Shown: positions 11,226-22,067, counted from the first letter of the stretch. The stretch is 64,000 nucleotides of DNA from an uncultured Chloroflexia bacterium (GCA_963825525.1 CAWGTN010000002.1:864001-928000), one strand, 5' to 3'. Notes: generated by a model from the sequence alone, not told the origin. Made by a program: numbers and translations.

Positions 11226-12005
11226 TCAGACCGGGACGCCGGTGATATACGTGATGCTCCACCCCGCGATCGAGCCGGCCATGATGAGCGCCAACCCGAT
11301 GTAGAGCAGTCCGGTCGTGGCCTGGAGCGATGCGGCGCGCGAGGCGAGCATCGCGAGGAGCGTGACCAGCATCGGCAGGAGAATGCCGACACCGAGCCGC
11401 AGCCAGGCCAACCACGCGAGCCCACCCTCCAGCGAGTCGCTGCCGGCCACCACCAGGGCCAGCATGAAGACGCCGGCCTGCGCGACGAGCACCCCGCCGA
11501 GCAGCCACATCATGCGTCGCAGTGGCGCCGGCGAGAGCTTAGGGGTGACGAGGTACCAGTGCCCCAACAGCATCGCCGAGTTCACCGCGCCCAGCGCGAG
11601 CGCTCCCAGGAGCAGCTGACCCGAGAAGATGGCCTCACTCCGACTGCCGCCCGCGGCAGCCAGGACGGCCAGCGCGACCAGCCCGAGCAGACCGGTGCCG
11701 ATGGCGATCCAGCTCCGGGGCCGATCGGCCACGGAGGCCACGAGGTAGACGACGGCGCCGGCGGCAAACGCCAGGGCCAATGGCCGGCGCAGGTCGGCGG
11801 TCGCTGCGGCAGCCACGCCCGTCGGGAGCGCGAGGTCGCTGAGCACCAGGATGAGCGCGAACGGCAGGAGCAGCCAGGCCATGAACAGCCGATAGCCGCG
11901 GGTCGTTCCGCCGATCGCCTCGGTCGCCCCCACGACCAGCAGGGTCCCCGACGAGAGGCCGGCCCAGAAGATCCAGTTGACGAATGGAAGCGCCTCGATC
12001 CGCAT
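11226..12005 (-). CDS. Polytopic membrane protein with MLLGHWYLV motif
   Basis: About 7-8 hydrophobic helices; AMLLGHWYLVTPKLS and ATTGLLY motifs. Confidence 0.75.
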   Translation of the reverse strand: MRIEALPFVNWIFWAGLSSGTLLVVGATEAIGGTTRGYRLFMAWLLLPFALILVLSDLALPTGVAAAATADLRRPLALAFAAGAVVYLVASVADRPRSWIAIGTGLLGLVALAVLAAAGGSRSEAIFSGQLLLGALALGAVNSAMLLGHWYLVTPKLSPAPLRRMMWLLGGVLVAQAGVFMLALVVAGSDSLEGGLAWLAWLRLGVGILLPMLVTLLAMLASRAASLQATTGLLYIGLALIMAGSIAGWSITYITGVPV

Positions 12006-12011
12006 GTGGCC

Positions 12012-12392
12012 TCAGGCCGCGCTCTCGGGCGCAAGACTGCCGGTCAGGCCGATCTCGACCCACCCCTCGCTCACGCGCACCGGAAACGTCTCGACCGGCT
12101 CCGTGGCGGGTGGGACGACCGCTCGACCGGACCGGATGTCGAAACAGCCGCCGTGCCACGCGCAGACGAGCACACCGTCCCGCGGGTCGAAGCCGGCTTC
12201 CGACAACGGGAAGTCGCGATGGCTGCAATTGTTCTGGACGGCAAAGAACTCGCCGTCATGGCGCACCAGCACCACCGGCGTGCCGTCGATCTCGACGGGC
12301 AGCAGCTCGCCGTCGCGCAGCTCCGCGGCTTGGATGACGCGTGCATAGCGGACGCGTGTCGCAAGCTCATTCATGGCTGAGGCCGGGTGCAT
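12012..12392 (-). CDS. Rieske [2Fe-2S] ferredoxin
   Basis: CSH...CAWHG Rieske ligands; FDIRSG..VVPPATEPVETFPV; start at 12392 or 12374. Confidence 0.92.
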   Translation of the reverse strand: MHPASAMNELATRVRYARVIQAAELRDGELLPVEIDGTPVVLVRHDGEFFAVQNNCSHRDFPLSEAGFDPRDGVLVCAWHGGCFDIRSGRAVVPPATEPVETFPVRVSEGWVEIGLTGSLAPESAA

Positions 12393-12488
12393 GCGGGGCA
12401 TTCTACGGTTGCCGTGCCGATGAGGCCCGAACCGGGCAGGGAAGCGCCATGCATTCGAACCGGCCGGGGCGTCCGTATCATCGGCGTC

Positions 12489-13394
12489 ATGGACCCCCTC
12501 TACCTGCTGCTCGAGGTCGCCACGGCCGGCTTCTTCGCGGTGGCCGCCTGGCTCGCGCTGCGGCGCGGGCGGCTGCCGTTCCTCGAGCTCATCAGTGCGG
12601 CCTCGTTCGGCCTCCTGCTCGAGGAGGGAGACCAGCTGATCTTCGAGACCTATCACTACTCGGATGCCTGGGTGCTGGCGATCGATCGGGCGCCGATCGT
12701 CATCGGCCTCACGTGGGCCCTGATCATCGCGGGTGCCATGCGAATCACGGACGCACTCGGCGTGCGGCGTCGCTACGCGCCGGTGGTGGACAGCGTGCTG
12801 GCCATCATGCTCGACCTGGCCTTCGACGCGGTGGCCATCCGGATGGGGCTGTGGACCTGGCGCGAAATCGGTGCGACCGACGGATGGTTCGGGGTCCCGG
12901 CCGGGAACTTCTATGCCTGGTTGTTCGTGACGCTGGCCTTCAGTCTCGTCTCGCGCTGGGTGCGAGATATGGCGGAGCGACGCCGAGCCGTCGAATGGCT
13001 TCAGCTGCTCGTGCCACTCCCCGCGTTCGCGATTCTGCTACTCAGCCTCGTCCCGTTCACGCTGATCCAGCCCCTGGTCGACCCCGCTCCCGGCGGCGGC
13101 CTCATCCTCTTCGGGCTCACCCTCGCCGTGTTCCTCGCGATCTCGGCATGGGCCGTGTTCGGGCCTGACAGGGTGCTGTCCGACGGCGCGCGGCTCGCGA
13201 TCCTCGACCTTCGGCTCGCATTCGCGACGCGCGTCGCGATCCACGCGTTCTTCCTGGCGGCGCTCATCGTGCTGGGAATCGCGACCAGCGAGCCGGTCCT
13301 GCTGGTCACGGCCCTCGCGATGCTCGCGCTGGAGCTGCCGTTGGGCATGATGGCATCCCGGCGTCGCCCACAGCACCCGGAGACCGGGCGATAG
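12489..13394 (+). CDS. CruF-like carotenoid 1,2-hydratase family membrane protein
   Basis: DLAFDAVA..GLWTW...WFGVPAGNFYAW motif; multi-TM. Confidence 0.7.
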   Translation: MDPLYLLLEVATAGFFAVAAWLALRRGRLPFLELISAASFGLLLEEGDQLIFETYHYSDAWVLAIDRAPIVIGLTWALIIAGAMRITDALGVRRRYAPVVDSVLAIMLDLAFDAVAIRMGLWTWREIGATDGWFGVPAGNFYAWLFVTLAFSLVSRWVRDMAERRRAVEWLQLLVPLPAFAILLLSLVPFTLIQPLVDPAPGGGLILFGLTLAVFLAISAWAVFGPDRVLSDGARLAILDLRLAFATRVAIHAFFLAALIVLGIATSEPVLLVTALAMLALELPLGMMASRRRPQHPETGR

Positions 13395-13411
13395 GCGCTA
13401 CCCTCGACGGC

Positions 13412-14806
13412 ATGACGGCCGATCCTGCCTCCCTCCTGGACCTCGACGAGTGCGTCGAGCTGCTGCGCGCGCTCATCCGGATTCCATCGGTGAATCCTCC
13501 GGGCAACATCGAGGCCGCGGGGGGCCGCGACTCGACCGGCGGTGAGCGCGACGCGGCCCAGCTGTGCGCGGACACCCTTGCTGCGGCCGGCGTCGAAGGC
13601 GAGGTGATCGAGCTCGAACCTGGACGTGGCAGCTGCCTCGCGCGGCTGCCGGCCACCGTGCCCAACCCGGAGCCCCCGCTCATCCTTCTCAGCCACCTGG
13701 ACGTCGTGCCGGTCGACATCGAATCGTGGAGCCGTGACCCATTCGGCGGCGAGCTCGTCGATGGGTACGTCTGGGGACGCGGTGCGGTCGACATGAAGGA
13801 CATGGTCGCCATGGAGCTCTCGGTGATGCTGGCACTCGCGCGGGCGGGCTCCGAGCGCCGCCGCGACGTGATCTTCGCCGCGGTGGCGGACGAGGAGGCC
13901 GGCGGCGAGCACGGAGCGAGGGGCCTGGTCGAGCGCCGGCCCGAACTCTTCGGTGACGCGAGCGGCAGGCCGGCCGCGGCGGCCATCAACGAGGTCGGCG
14001 GCTATTCGATGACGCTGGGCGGACAGAGGTTCTACACCATTCAGGTGGCGGAGAAGGGCATCGCGTGGACGCGACTCCGGGTCAGCGGCCCTCCGGGCCA
14101 CGCGTCGATGCCCCATGCCGACAACGCGGCGGTCAAGCTCGCGCGGGCCGTGGCCGCGATCGCGGAGGACCAGGCGCTCCGGGCAGCGGTGGTCACGCCC
14201 CTTGTCGGCCAGATGCTGTCATCCATCGGCCTCGCTGACGTGGCCGCACTCGCCGAGTCGGATCCGGACGGCGCGCGCTCGGTGCTGGAGGCGCACGTCA
14301 CGGATCCGGCCACCCGGCGCTCGCTCGACGCAATGCTTCGGGACACGGTCACGCCGACCGTCCTGCGCTCGGGGAAGAAGGTCAACGTCATGCCCGGCGA
14401 CGGGGAGGCCGAGCTCGACATTCGCACGCTGCCCGGCACGGACCAGGCGGCATTGCTGGCCCACGTCCAGTCGGTCGTCGGCAGCGACGCCATCGTGGAG
14501 CCCGTCGTGATGCTGCCGGCCATCGAGTGGCCGGCAGACAGTGAGATCGTTGGGCTGATGCGGGAGGCCCTGGAGCGGGCCGATCCCGAGGGAATCCCGC
14601 TGCCGATGATGATCACGCCGGGAACCGACGCCAAGGCGCTCGCCCAGCTGGGCATTCCGTGCTATGGCTTCGCGCCGCTGCGGATCGACGAGGACTTTCC
14701 CTTCCTCGACCTGTTCCACGGCCACGACGAACGCGTTCCGGTCAGCGCGCTCGCGTTCGGGCTCCCGGTGCTGTTTGACGTGGTCAGCGCCTTCGTCGCG
14801 CCCTGA
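13412..14806 (+). CDS. M20/M25/M40 family metallo-hydrolase
   Basis: SHLDVVP, GRGAVDMK, DEEAGG, NEVGG, GTDAK, HGHDER. Confidence 0.93.
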   Translation: MTADPASLLDLDECVELLRALIRIPSVNPPGNIEAAGGRDSTGGERDAAQLCADTLAAAGVEGEVIELEPGRGSCLARLPATVPNPEPPLILLSHLDVVPVDIESWSRDPFGGELVDGYVWGRGAVDMKDMVAMELSVMLALARAGSERRRDVIFAAVADEEAGGEHGARGLVERRPELFGDASGRPAAAAINEVGGYSMTLGGQRFYTIQVAEKGIAWTRLRVSGPPGHASMPHADNAAVKLARAVAAIAEDQALRAAVVTPLVGQMLSSIGLADVAALAESDPDGARSVLEAHVTDPATRRSLDAMLRDTVTPTVLRSGKKVNVMPGDGEAELDIRTLPGTDQAALLAHVQSVVGSDAIVEPVVMLPAIEWPADSEIVGLMREALERADPEGIPLPMMITPGTDAKALAQLGIPCYGFAPLRIDEDFPFLDLFHGHDERVPVSALAFGLPVLFDVVSAFVAP

Positions 14807-14869
14807 CCCGCGCGGCGCTGGTGGGAGCTTGCTCGGCTATACTCGCGCCTGCATTCTGGGTATGAATTC

Positions 14870-15859
14870 ATGACTCACCGAAACGAAGCGAGCGAACGCC
14901 AGCGCTCGCGCAGCATCGCCTTCGTCTTCCCGGGCCAGGGCTCGCAGTACGTCGGCATGGGCGCAGAGCTGATTGCCCGTTCGCCGGCGGCTGCTGACGC
15001 CTTCGAGCGCGCGGATGCCGCACTTGGCATGCCCCTTTCGCGCCTGATCCTCGAAGGACCGGCCGAGGAGCTGGATCAGACCGTGAACGCCCAGCCCGCC
15101 ATCCTGGCCACGAGCGTCGCTTTCCTGGAAGCGATCCGGGCGGAGGCGCGTGATGCCGGGGTCGAGATCCGCCCCGCCGCCATGGCCGGCCACTCGGCCG
15201 GGCAGTATGCGGCGGCGGTCGCGGCTGACGCTCTCGACTACGCGGACGCGCTGCGTCTCGTGCGCGAGCGTGGCCGGATCATGCAGGAGCGCGGGATCGC
15301 GGGCGGCATGGGCGCCGTCGTCGGCCTGTCGGACGACCAGGTGCACGAGATCGTGGCCGAGGCTCGCCAGCACGGCGAGATCAGCGTCGCGAATGCGAAT
15401 GCTCCCGGGCAGATCGTGCTCTCGGGAGTCATTCCGGCCCTCGTGTTCGCGCTCGAGATGAGCAAGACGGTCGGGGCCCGCAAGGCAGCGCGGCTCACCG
15501 TCAGCGTGGCGAGCCACTCCCCACTCATGCGACGCGCGCGCGACGAGTTCGGCAAGATCCTGAGCAAGGTCCCGTTCCGGGATCCGCAGGTGCCGATGCT
15601 CGGCAATGTCCACGCCACGGTCATCAACACCGCCGACGGCCTGCGCAGCGAGCTGAGCGAGCACCTCGTGCACGGCGTGCAATGGACCGGGACGATCCGC
15701 CACCTGGTCGCGGACGGGGTGACCGACTTCGTCGAAGTCGGACCCGGCAGGGTGCTCTCCGGACTCATTCGACGCATCAGTCCCGAGGCGGAGACCCACG
15801 TTGCCGACGGTCCGAGCGAGCGCTCGTTCCTGGCAACCCTGCGCGAGCTGCCCGCGTGA
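14870..15859 (+). CDS. fabD: Malonyl-CoA:ACP transacylase
   Basis: FPGQGSQ, AQPAI, GHSAG, ANANAPGQIV, SVASHS, EVGPG. Confidence 0.96.
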   Translation: MTHRNEASERQRSRSIAFVFPGQGSQYVGMGAELIARSPAAADAFERADAALGMPLSRLILEGPAEELDQTVNAQPAILATSVAFLEAIRAEARDAGVEIRPAAMAGHSAGQYAAAVAADALDYADALRLVRERGRIMQERGIAGGMGAVVGLSDDQVHEIVAEARQHGEISVANANAPGQIVLSGVIPALVFALEMSKTVGARKAARLTVSVASHSPLMRRARDEFGKILSKVPFRDPQVPMLGNVHATVINTADGLRSELSEHLVHGVQWTGTIRHLVADGVTDFVEVGPGRVLSGLIRRISPEAETHVADGPSERSFLATLRELPA

Positions 15860-17136
15860 CAGCCCGGCGCGCCGTCGTCACCGGGCTGGGAATCGTCTCC
15901 CCGGTCGGGATCGGAGCCGATGCCAGCTGGGACGCCCTGGTCGCCGGTCACTCCGGCATCGCCGACATCACCCTGTTCGACGCTTCGCCGTTCGAGGTCC
16001 GGGTGGCCGGCGAGGTCAAGAACTTCGACGCAACCCGGTACATGGATGCCAAGGACGTGCGGCGTCACGATCGGAACACGCACTTCGCGGTCGCGGCCAG
16101 CGGAGAGGCACTGCGAGATGCCGGACTGCTGGGTGACAACGGACTCGTCAACGCCGACGTGGATGCCGATCGCTTCGGAATGGTGTTCGGGACGGGCATC
16201 GGCGGCATCGGCATGATGCTCGAGGGCCACAGGACGCTCCTCGAGCGCGGACCACGCCGGGTATCGCCCTTCATGCTCCCGCACATGCTCCCCGACTCGG
16301 CGTCGGGTCAGGTGGCGATCCAGTATGGGATTCGTGGGCCGAACATGGCCGTGGTGAGCGCCTGCGCCACCGGAGGACATGCCGTGGGCGAGGCGATGGA
16401 GGCCATCGTGCGTGGGCAGGCCGACATCATGCTGGGCGCCGGGACCGAGGCCCCGCTCGTTCCATTGGCGTTCGCCGGATTTGGCCAGATGCGCGCCCTG
16501 GGCACCCCGAAGGATCCGGACACTGGCGAGTACAGCCCGGCGATGGCCTCACGGCCATTCGACGCGACGCGCGACGGGTTCGTGGTTGCCGAGGGCTCGG
16601 CCGTTCTCGTCCTCGAGGAGCTCCAGCATGCCCTGGCGCGCGGCGCTCGACCGATCGCCGAGGTCATCGGCTACGGGTCCTCCGCCGATGCGTTCGACAT
16701 GGCTGCCCCCGCCGACCGTGGAGAGGGGAATCAGCGCGCCATGCGCGCGGCGCTCGCTCGCGCGGGGATCGAGCCTGCGGACGTCGACTACATCAACGCC
16801 CATGGAACCAGCACGCCGCTCAACGACCGATACGAGACGATGGCAATCCGCGACGTGTTCGGTGAGCACGCCGACGCCCTGGCAGTGAGCAGCACGAAGT
16901 CGATGACCGGGCACGCCATGGGCGCCGCCGGTGCGATCGAGACCTTCGTGTGCGCAAAGGTGATCGCCACCGGCTGCATCCCGCCGACCATCAACTATCG
17001 GCACCCGGATCCCGAGCTGACCCTGGACTACGTTCCCAACGAGGCGCGCGCCGCCGATGTCCGGGTCGCGCTCTCGAACTCGATGGGGCTCGGCGGCCAC
17101 AACAGCACGGTGATCCTCCGCCGCTACGCGGAGTAG
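15856..17136 (+). CDS. fabF: Beta-ketoacyl-ACP synthase II (copy 1)
   Basis: [29 protein letters not shown]; GTG start overlaps the fabD stop. Confidence 0.95.
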   Translation: MTARRAVVTGLGIVSPVGIGADASWDALVAGHSGIADITLFDASPFEVRVAGEVKNFDATRYMDAKDVRRHDRNTHFAVAASGEALRDAGLLGDNGLVNADVDADRFGMVFGTGIGGIGMMLEGHRTLLERGPRRVSPFMLPHMLPDSASGQVAIQYGIRGPNMAVVSACATGGHAVGEAMEAIVRGQADIMLGAGTEAPLVPLAFAGFGQMRALGTPKDPDTGEYSPAMASRPFDATRDGFVVAEGSAVLVLEELQHALARGARPIAEVIGYGSSADAFDMAAPADRGEGNQRAMRAALARAGIEPADVDYINAHGTSTPLNDRYETMAIRDVFGEHADALAVSSTKSMTGHAMGAAGAIETFVCAKVIATGCIPPTINYRHPDPELTLDYVPNEARAADVRVALSNSMGLGGHNSTVILRRYAE

Positions 17137-17142
17137 GACCGC

Positions 17143-18412
17143 ATGACCCGTCCGCCACCTGCCCGCGACCCAGCTCGACGCGCGGTCGTCACCGGCCTGG
17201 GCGCCGTGACGCCCATCGGCAACGACGTGGCCGAGTTCTGGAAGAACCTCGTCGGGGGCATTTCCGGAGTGGCACCGATCAGCCTGTTCGATGCGTCCGA
17301 TCTCGAGGTTCGAATTGCCGCTGAGGTCAAGGGCTTCGAGCCTCGCGACTGGATGGACTTCAAACAGGCGCGCCGCATGAGCCGCTTCTCGCAGCTGGCG
17401 GTGGCCGCCGCGCGGCAGGCGATCGACGCATCGGGCCTCGAGATCGGTGACGCCAACCGGGACGACGTGGCGGTCGTCATCAACACCGGCGGCGGCGGCC
17501 TCCAGGAAGTCGCGCTGGGTGAGGTGACGCTCACCACCCGCGGCCCGGATCGTGTCAGCCCCTTCATGGTGCCGATGATGTCCCCGTCCATGGCGGCCTG
17601 CCAGGTCAGCATCCAGAACGGCATCCGCGGGCCGGTGATCACCTCGGTGGCCGCCTGTGCGTCGGGGATCCAGGCGTTCGTCGAGGCTCAGCGCCTCATC
17701 GAGCACGGGGACGTGGACGTCGTCATCGCCGGCGGCACCGAGAGCGCCATCCTGCCGGTCGCCTTTGCCGCGCTGGCGAACATGGGCGCGCTGTCGAAGC
17801 GGAATGACGACCCGACGGCCGCGTCGCGGCCGTTCGAGGCCAACCGCGACGGCTTCGTGTTCGGCGAGGCGGCAGCCGTGATGGTCGTGGAGGCCGCGGA
17901 GCACGCCGAGGCCCGCGGTGCATCCATCATCGGCGAGATCGCCGGGGGTGCGCTCAGCGGCGACGCATTTCACATCTCGGCACCGGACCCCGCGGGCTAC
18001 GGCGCCACGATCGCCATGCAGCGCGCCGTCCGCGACGCCCACCTGGAGCGCGAGCAGGTCGACTACGTGGTTGCCCACGGGACATCGACGCCCGCTCAAC
18101 GACGCCACCGAGACGAAGGCGATTCGATCGGCCTTTGGTGCCCATGCCGATCGGCTGGCCGTGAGCAGCAACAAGAGCATGGTCGGACACACCCTGGGGG
18201 CAGCCGGAGCGATCTCGGGCCTGGCGGCCGTGCTCGCAATCCGCGACGGCGTCATCCCGCCGACGATCAACTACGAGACGCCCGACCCCGCCTGCGACCT
18301 CGACTACGTCCCGAACCAGGCGCGCCACGCGACGGTCGAGGTGGCAATCGCGAACGGGTTCGGCTTCGGTGGCCAGAATGCGGTGAGCGTCTTCAGGCGC
18401 TACGCGGGCTGA
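17143..18412 (+). CDS. fabF: Beta-ketoacyl-ACP synthase II (copy 2), apparent +1 frameshift near 18090
   Basis: AACASG, AHGTSTP in frame 17143; continues as [22 protein letters not shown] in ORF 17918-18412; ACG CCC GCT CAAC has one extra C. Confidence 0.9.
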
Positions 18413-18492
18413 GGGCCAGCGGCGCGGGTACGGGGCCGGACCGGACCTTCGATCCGCTCCGATTCGTCGCTGCGGGGGCATACCCTCGACGT

Positions 18493-18967
18493 GTGACCGA
18501 CATCAACGGACTGCGCCTGGCATATCGCGGCCTGATCGCGGGGCTCGCGGGAGCCTACGTGTGGGCGGCCGTTGCCATGGCCGTCGCCGGGGTGGCGCGG
18601 CGGCGATCCCCTCGCTCCACTGCGACCGATCGCCCTCGCGCTGTCTCCGCTCGCCGTCTCGTCGGAGCTCGGCTTCGTCCTCGGCTTCGCCGGCGTGCAG
18701 GCGGGAGGTGCCCTGTTCGGGATGTGCTTTGCCTACTTCTTCGCGCGGTTCTTCACGATCAGGACGACGCTGGCGATCGCGGCACCGGCATTCGCCCTCC
18801 TCCTCTGGGCGCTGGTGAGCGCTGCCATCGCGCGTGACACCGGGATCGCCGCGTTCGCGACCCACCCGGTTCCGGCGCTCGCCTCACTGGCCTACGGCGT
18901 TCTGCTCGGTGCCGCCGTGCCGGTGCGCGGCGAGGTGGTTCGTCATGCCGGGTCGCCCTCGACGTAG
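18493..18967 (+). CDS. Hypothetical membrane protein, apparent frameshift near 18597
   Basis: VTDINGLRLAYRGLIAGLAGAYVWAAVAMAVAG joins GGDPLAPLRPIALAL... in another frame; TACCCT box upstream. Confidence 0.6.
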
Positions 18968-19535
18968 AGCTCGGGCTCGAACGACGGCCCCCTGCCGGGC
19001 AATGATGCGACCCAGTCGCGGAGCGCGCTCTCGACGGTACTGAACGACAGCTCGGCCCAGGGAATCTCGTCGGGACCGAACGTGCGGACCTCGCTGGTCT
19101 CGGCCGCCGGCTCGGGCCGACCACCCACCACGCCGGCCTCGAACACGATCGCCACGATCCCGGCATGCGGCCGCGAGTAGACGCCGACCAGGCGACCGAT
19201 CTCGACCAGGAGCTCGGTCTCCTCCTCCGTCTCGCGCCGCGCCCCCTCCTGCGCCGACTCGCCGACCTCGAGGAAGCCGCCCGGATAGGTCCAGCGATCC
19301 CGTGCCGGCTCGATCGCTCGACTTCCCCAGCACGACGCGACCGCCGATGACCGGGATGGCACCCGACCACCACCCGCGGATTGCGCCAGGTCACGTGGCC
19401 GCGAGCGCAGACGAGCCGCGCTCGTTGATCGGCCTCGACGGGTCGCGGCTCGACCGGCTCGCCACAGGCCGGGCAGAATCTCGGATCCTCGCCGAGGGTG
19501 AGCGGGAGGCTGTCGCTGGCGTCGCGCTGGGGCAT
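18943..19535 (-). CDS. Zinc-ribbon Nudix hydrolase, two apparent frameshifts (~19362, ~19321)
   Basis: FCPACG...LVCARGH..WRNPRVVVG then RAIEP..WTYPGGFLEVGESAQEGARRETEEE Nudix box. Confidence 0.85.
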
Positions 19536-19630
19536 GCCGGTCATGGTACCGGCACGCAACTTCCCTCTTCCGCTGCGAAGCGGTCAGGAGTTACGCTAGC
19601 GACCACGCCCAAGCGCATAGGAGCATTCGG

Positions 19631-20053
19631 TTGGCCCACGACGAGAAGATCGATCTGCTGCGCACCGTCCCCCTGTTCCGCGGTCTCGGCAATCGGGAGC
19701 TCGAGCGTATCTCTGCCCTCACCGACATCATCGACCTGCCGTCCGATCGGCAGATCATGGTCCAGGGCGAGCGCGGCGCCGAGATGTTCGTGCTCGTGAG
19801 CGGCGCCGCTCACGTGGAACGTGACGGGCAGTCGCTCGGCGAGCGAGAGCCGGGCACCGTGCTGGGAGAGATCGCGCTCATCGACGGAGGTCCTCGCACC
19901 GCCACGGTGACGCTCACGACCGATTCCCGGCTGCTGGTGCTCGCGCGTCGCGAGTTCCGCGCGATGCTCGACGAGTTCCCCGACGTTCGGATGCAGGTCC
20001 TCGAAACGGTGGCGCATCGGCTTCGCTCGCTGGAGCACGACGCCGTCCACTGA
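19631..20053 (+). CDS. Stand-alone cyclic nucleotide-binding domain protein
   Basis: LRTVPLFRGL, QGERG, GEIALIDGGPRTATV; AGGAG RBS. Confidence 0.92.
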   Translation: MAHDEKIDLLRTVPLFRGLGNRELERISALTDIIDLPSDRQIMVQGERGAEMFVLVSGAAHVERDGQSLGEREPGTVLGEIALIDGGPRTATVTLTTDSRLLVLARREFRAMLDEFPDVRMQVLETVAHRLRSLEHDAVH

Positions 20054-20116
20054 GGCCGCCCTTCGCCGACCGGGCAGGACGGGCATCGCAAGCTCGTTGA
20101 TTACAATGCGCGGGCC

Positions 20117-21535
20117 ATGACGGAATCCCTTCCGCAGGTGCGCCTGCACAACACGCTCACGCGAACCTTGGAGCTGCTCGAGCCGATCGAGCCGGGTCGC
20201 GTGACGATCTACACCTGCGGCAGCACCGTCTACAAGTACGCCCATATCGGCAACCTTCGAACGTACCTCTTCGGCGACCTCCTGCACCGCACGCTCGAGT
20301 ACCTCGGCTACGAGGTCCGCTACGTGAAGAACATCACCGATGTCGGCCACATGCGCAACGACGACCACGACGCGCTCGAGGCACTCGACAAGGTGGAGGA
20401 GGCGGCGGAGACCGAGGGCAAGTCACCGGCCGAGATCGCGGCGTTCTACACGAGCGCCTGGCTGGAGGACGAGGCCCTCATCAACATCCTGCCCGCGGAC
20501 GTCATGCCGAGGGCCACCGACCACATCCCGGAGATGATCGACATCACCCGGCGACTGCTCGAGGCCGATCTCGCCTACGAGACCGACGGCACCATCTATT
20601 TCGACGTGTCCGCGTTCCCATCGTACGGCCAGCTCTCCGGACAGCGCGTGGACGAGACGCACGCCGGCCATCGGGTGGAGGTCGAGGACGACAAGCGCAA
20701 TCCCGCGGACTTCGCCCTGTGGAAACGCGCGACGGAACATCGACGCATGCGATGGCCGTCGCCGTGGGGCGAGGGTTTCCCCGGCTGGCACATCGAGTGC
20801 TCGGCGATGTCGCTCAAGCACCTCGGAGAGCGATTCGACATCCACACCGGTGGGATCGACCTGAAGTTCCCGCATCACGAGGACGAGATCGCCCAGTCGG
20901 AGGGTGCCCTCGGGCACCGCGTCGTGAACATCTGGATGCACGGCGAGTTTCTCACGCTCAAGGATGCCAAGATGGCGAAGAGCGCGGGAAATATCATCCG
21001 CATCTCCGACCTGCCGGCCACCGGCTACGAACCGCTCGCGTTCCGATACCTGGCGCTGACGGCGCACTACCGATCCAAGCTCGACTTTACGGAGCCGGCG
21101 ATGCACGCCGCGGCATCTGGCCTGGCGCGTCTGCGTCGGGCCGCTGGAGGACCGGACGCGATCGTCGACCTCGAAGCGGAACCGATGCGGGGGCTCACGG
21201 CTCGGTTCGCCGAGGCCGTGGCGGATGACCTCGCGACGCCACGGGCGCTCGCCATAGCTCACGAAGTTGCCGCATCTCCCGAGCTCACTGACGAGCAACG
21301 GCGCGCAGTGCTGATCGACTTCGACCGCGTCCTCGGGTTGGACCTCTGGTTGCGCACGTCCGGTGCGATCGAGCTACCCGAGGGTGCCGGTGACCTGATC
21401 GACCGGCGTGCAGCAGCCCGGGAGTCGCGAGACTGGGAGACGGCGGACGCACTGCGCGATCAGCTCATGGCGCTGGGCGTCGAGGTCCGCGATACGCCGG
21501 ACGGGCAGGTGGCCACCCGCCGCGGTTCCGCGTGA
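20117..21535 (+). CDS. cysS: Cysteine--tRNA ligase
   Basis: [52 protein letters not shown]. Confidence 0.98.
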   Translation: MTESLPQVRLHNTLTRTLELLEPIEPGRVTIYTCGSTVYKYAHIGNLRTYLFGDLLHRTLEYLGYEVRYVKNITDVGHMRNDDHDALEALDKVEEAAETEGKSPAEIAAFYTSAWLEDEALINILPADVMPRATDHIPEMIDITRRLLEADLAYETDGTIYFDVSAFPSYGQLSGQRVDETHAGHRVEVEDDKRNPADFALWKRATEHRRMRWPSPWGEGFPGWHIECSAMSLKHLGERFDIHTGGIDLKFPHHEDEIAQSEGALGHRVVNIWMHGEFLTLKDAKMAKSAGNIIRISDLPATGYEPLAFRYLALTAHYRSKLDFTEPAMHAAASGLARLRRAAGGPDAIVDLEAEPMRGLTARFAEAVADDLATPRALAIAHEVAASPELTDEQRRAVLIDFDRVLGLDLWLRTSGAIELPEGAGDLIDRRAAARESRDWETADALRDQLMALGVEVRDTPDGQVATRRGSA

Positions 21536-21927
21536 GCTCCGCGGCGCCCGCACAGCGATGCATCCGCTGCGGGCGCTTCATGCAGCGATCCCGCGTGAAG
21601 TTCTGCCCGTCGTGCGCCGGCGCGGTTCGCACGAACATCGCCTCGGACGCCGGCTCGCGCGGCCCGCCGGGCGAGGCCGCCAAGCCGCCTTCCTACCGTC
21701 GCCAGGAGGACGTCTTCGTTCCCCTGCCCAGCCGCCTCCATCCTGACCGCGGAGGTCCGATCGCCGGCACGGTCCCGGTGCCGGAAGGACCATCGCCGAC
21801 ACGTCGCCGGCGTTGGCGGCCGAGGATGGGAGACGACACGGTTCGTGCGCTGATGATCTCACTCGTGATCGCGCTTGCGGTGGGAGTGGCGACGCTCATG
21901 GCGTTTGCACTGTCGGCGATCGAATAG
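21532..21927 (+). CDS. Hypothetical protein with CxxC..CxxC and C-terminal TM helix
   Basis: CIRCG...FCPSC; hydrophobic C-terminus; GTGA overlap with cysS. Confidence 0.55.
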   Translation: MSSAAPAQRCIRCGRFMQRSRVKFCPSCAGAVRTNIASDAGSRGPPGEAAKPPSYRRQEDVFVPLPSRLHPDRGGPIAGTVPVPEGPSPTRRRRWRPRMGDDTVRALMISLVIALAVGVATLMAFALSAIE

Positions 21928-22067
21928 CGGTTGCCTGCGGTAGGCGCGTGGTGCCGACCGGCACCGGTAATGGGTCCAGCAGTACTTTTCACCCCGAGGT
22001 GGTGGTGCTACGCTCCGTGCCCGAGCCGCATCACTCTCATGACGGACGGGCAGTGGGGAACGAAAAA

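Noticed and set aside
15856-18412. Type II PKS KS/CLF pair
   Set aside because: Both copies keep the catalytic Cys (no Gln substitution); no ACP, cyclase or aromatase genes adjacent
17143-18837. 564-aa FabF with a novel C-terminal membrane extension
   Set aside because: Frameshift near 18090; the true FabF C-terminus is in ORF 17918-18412
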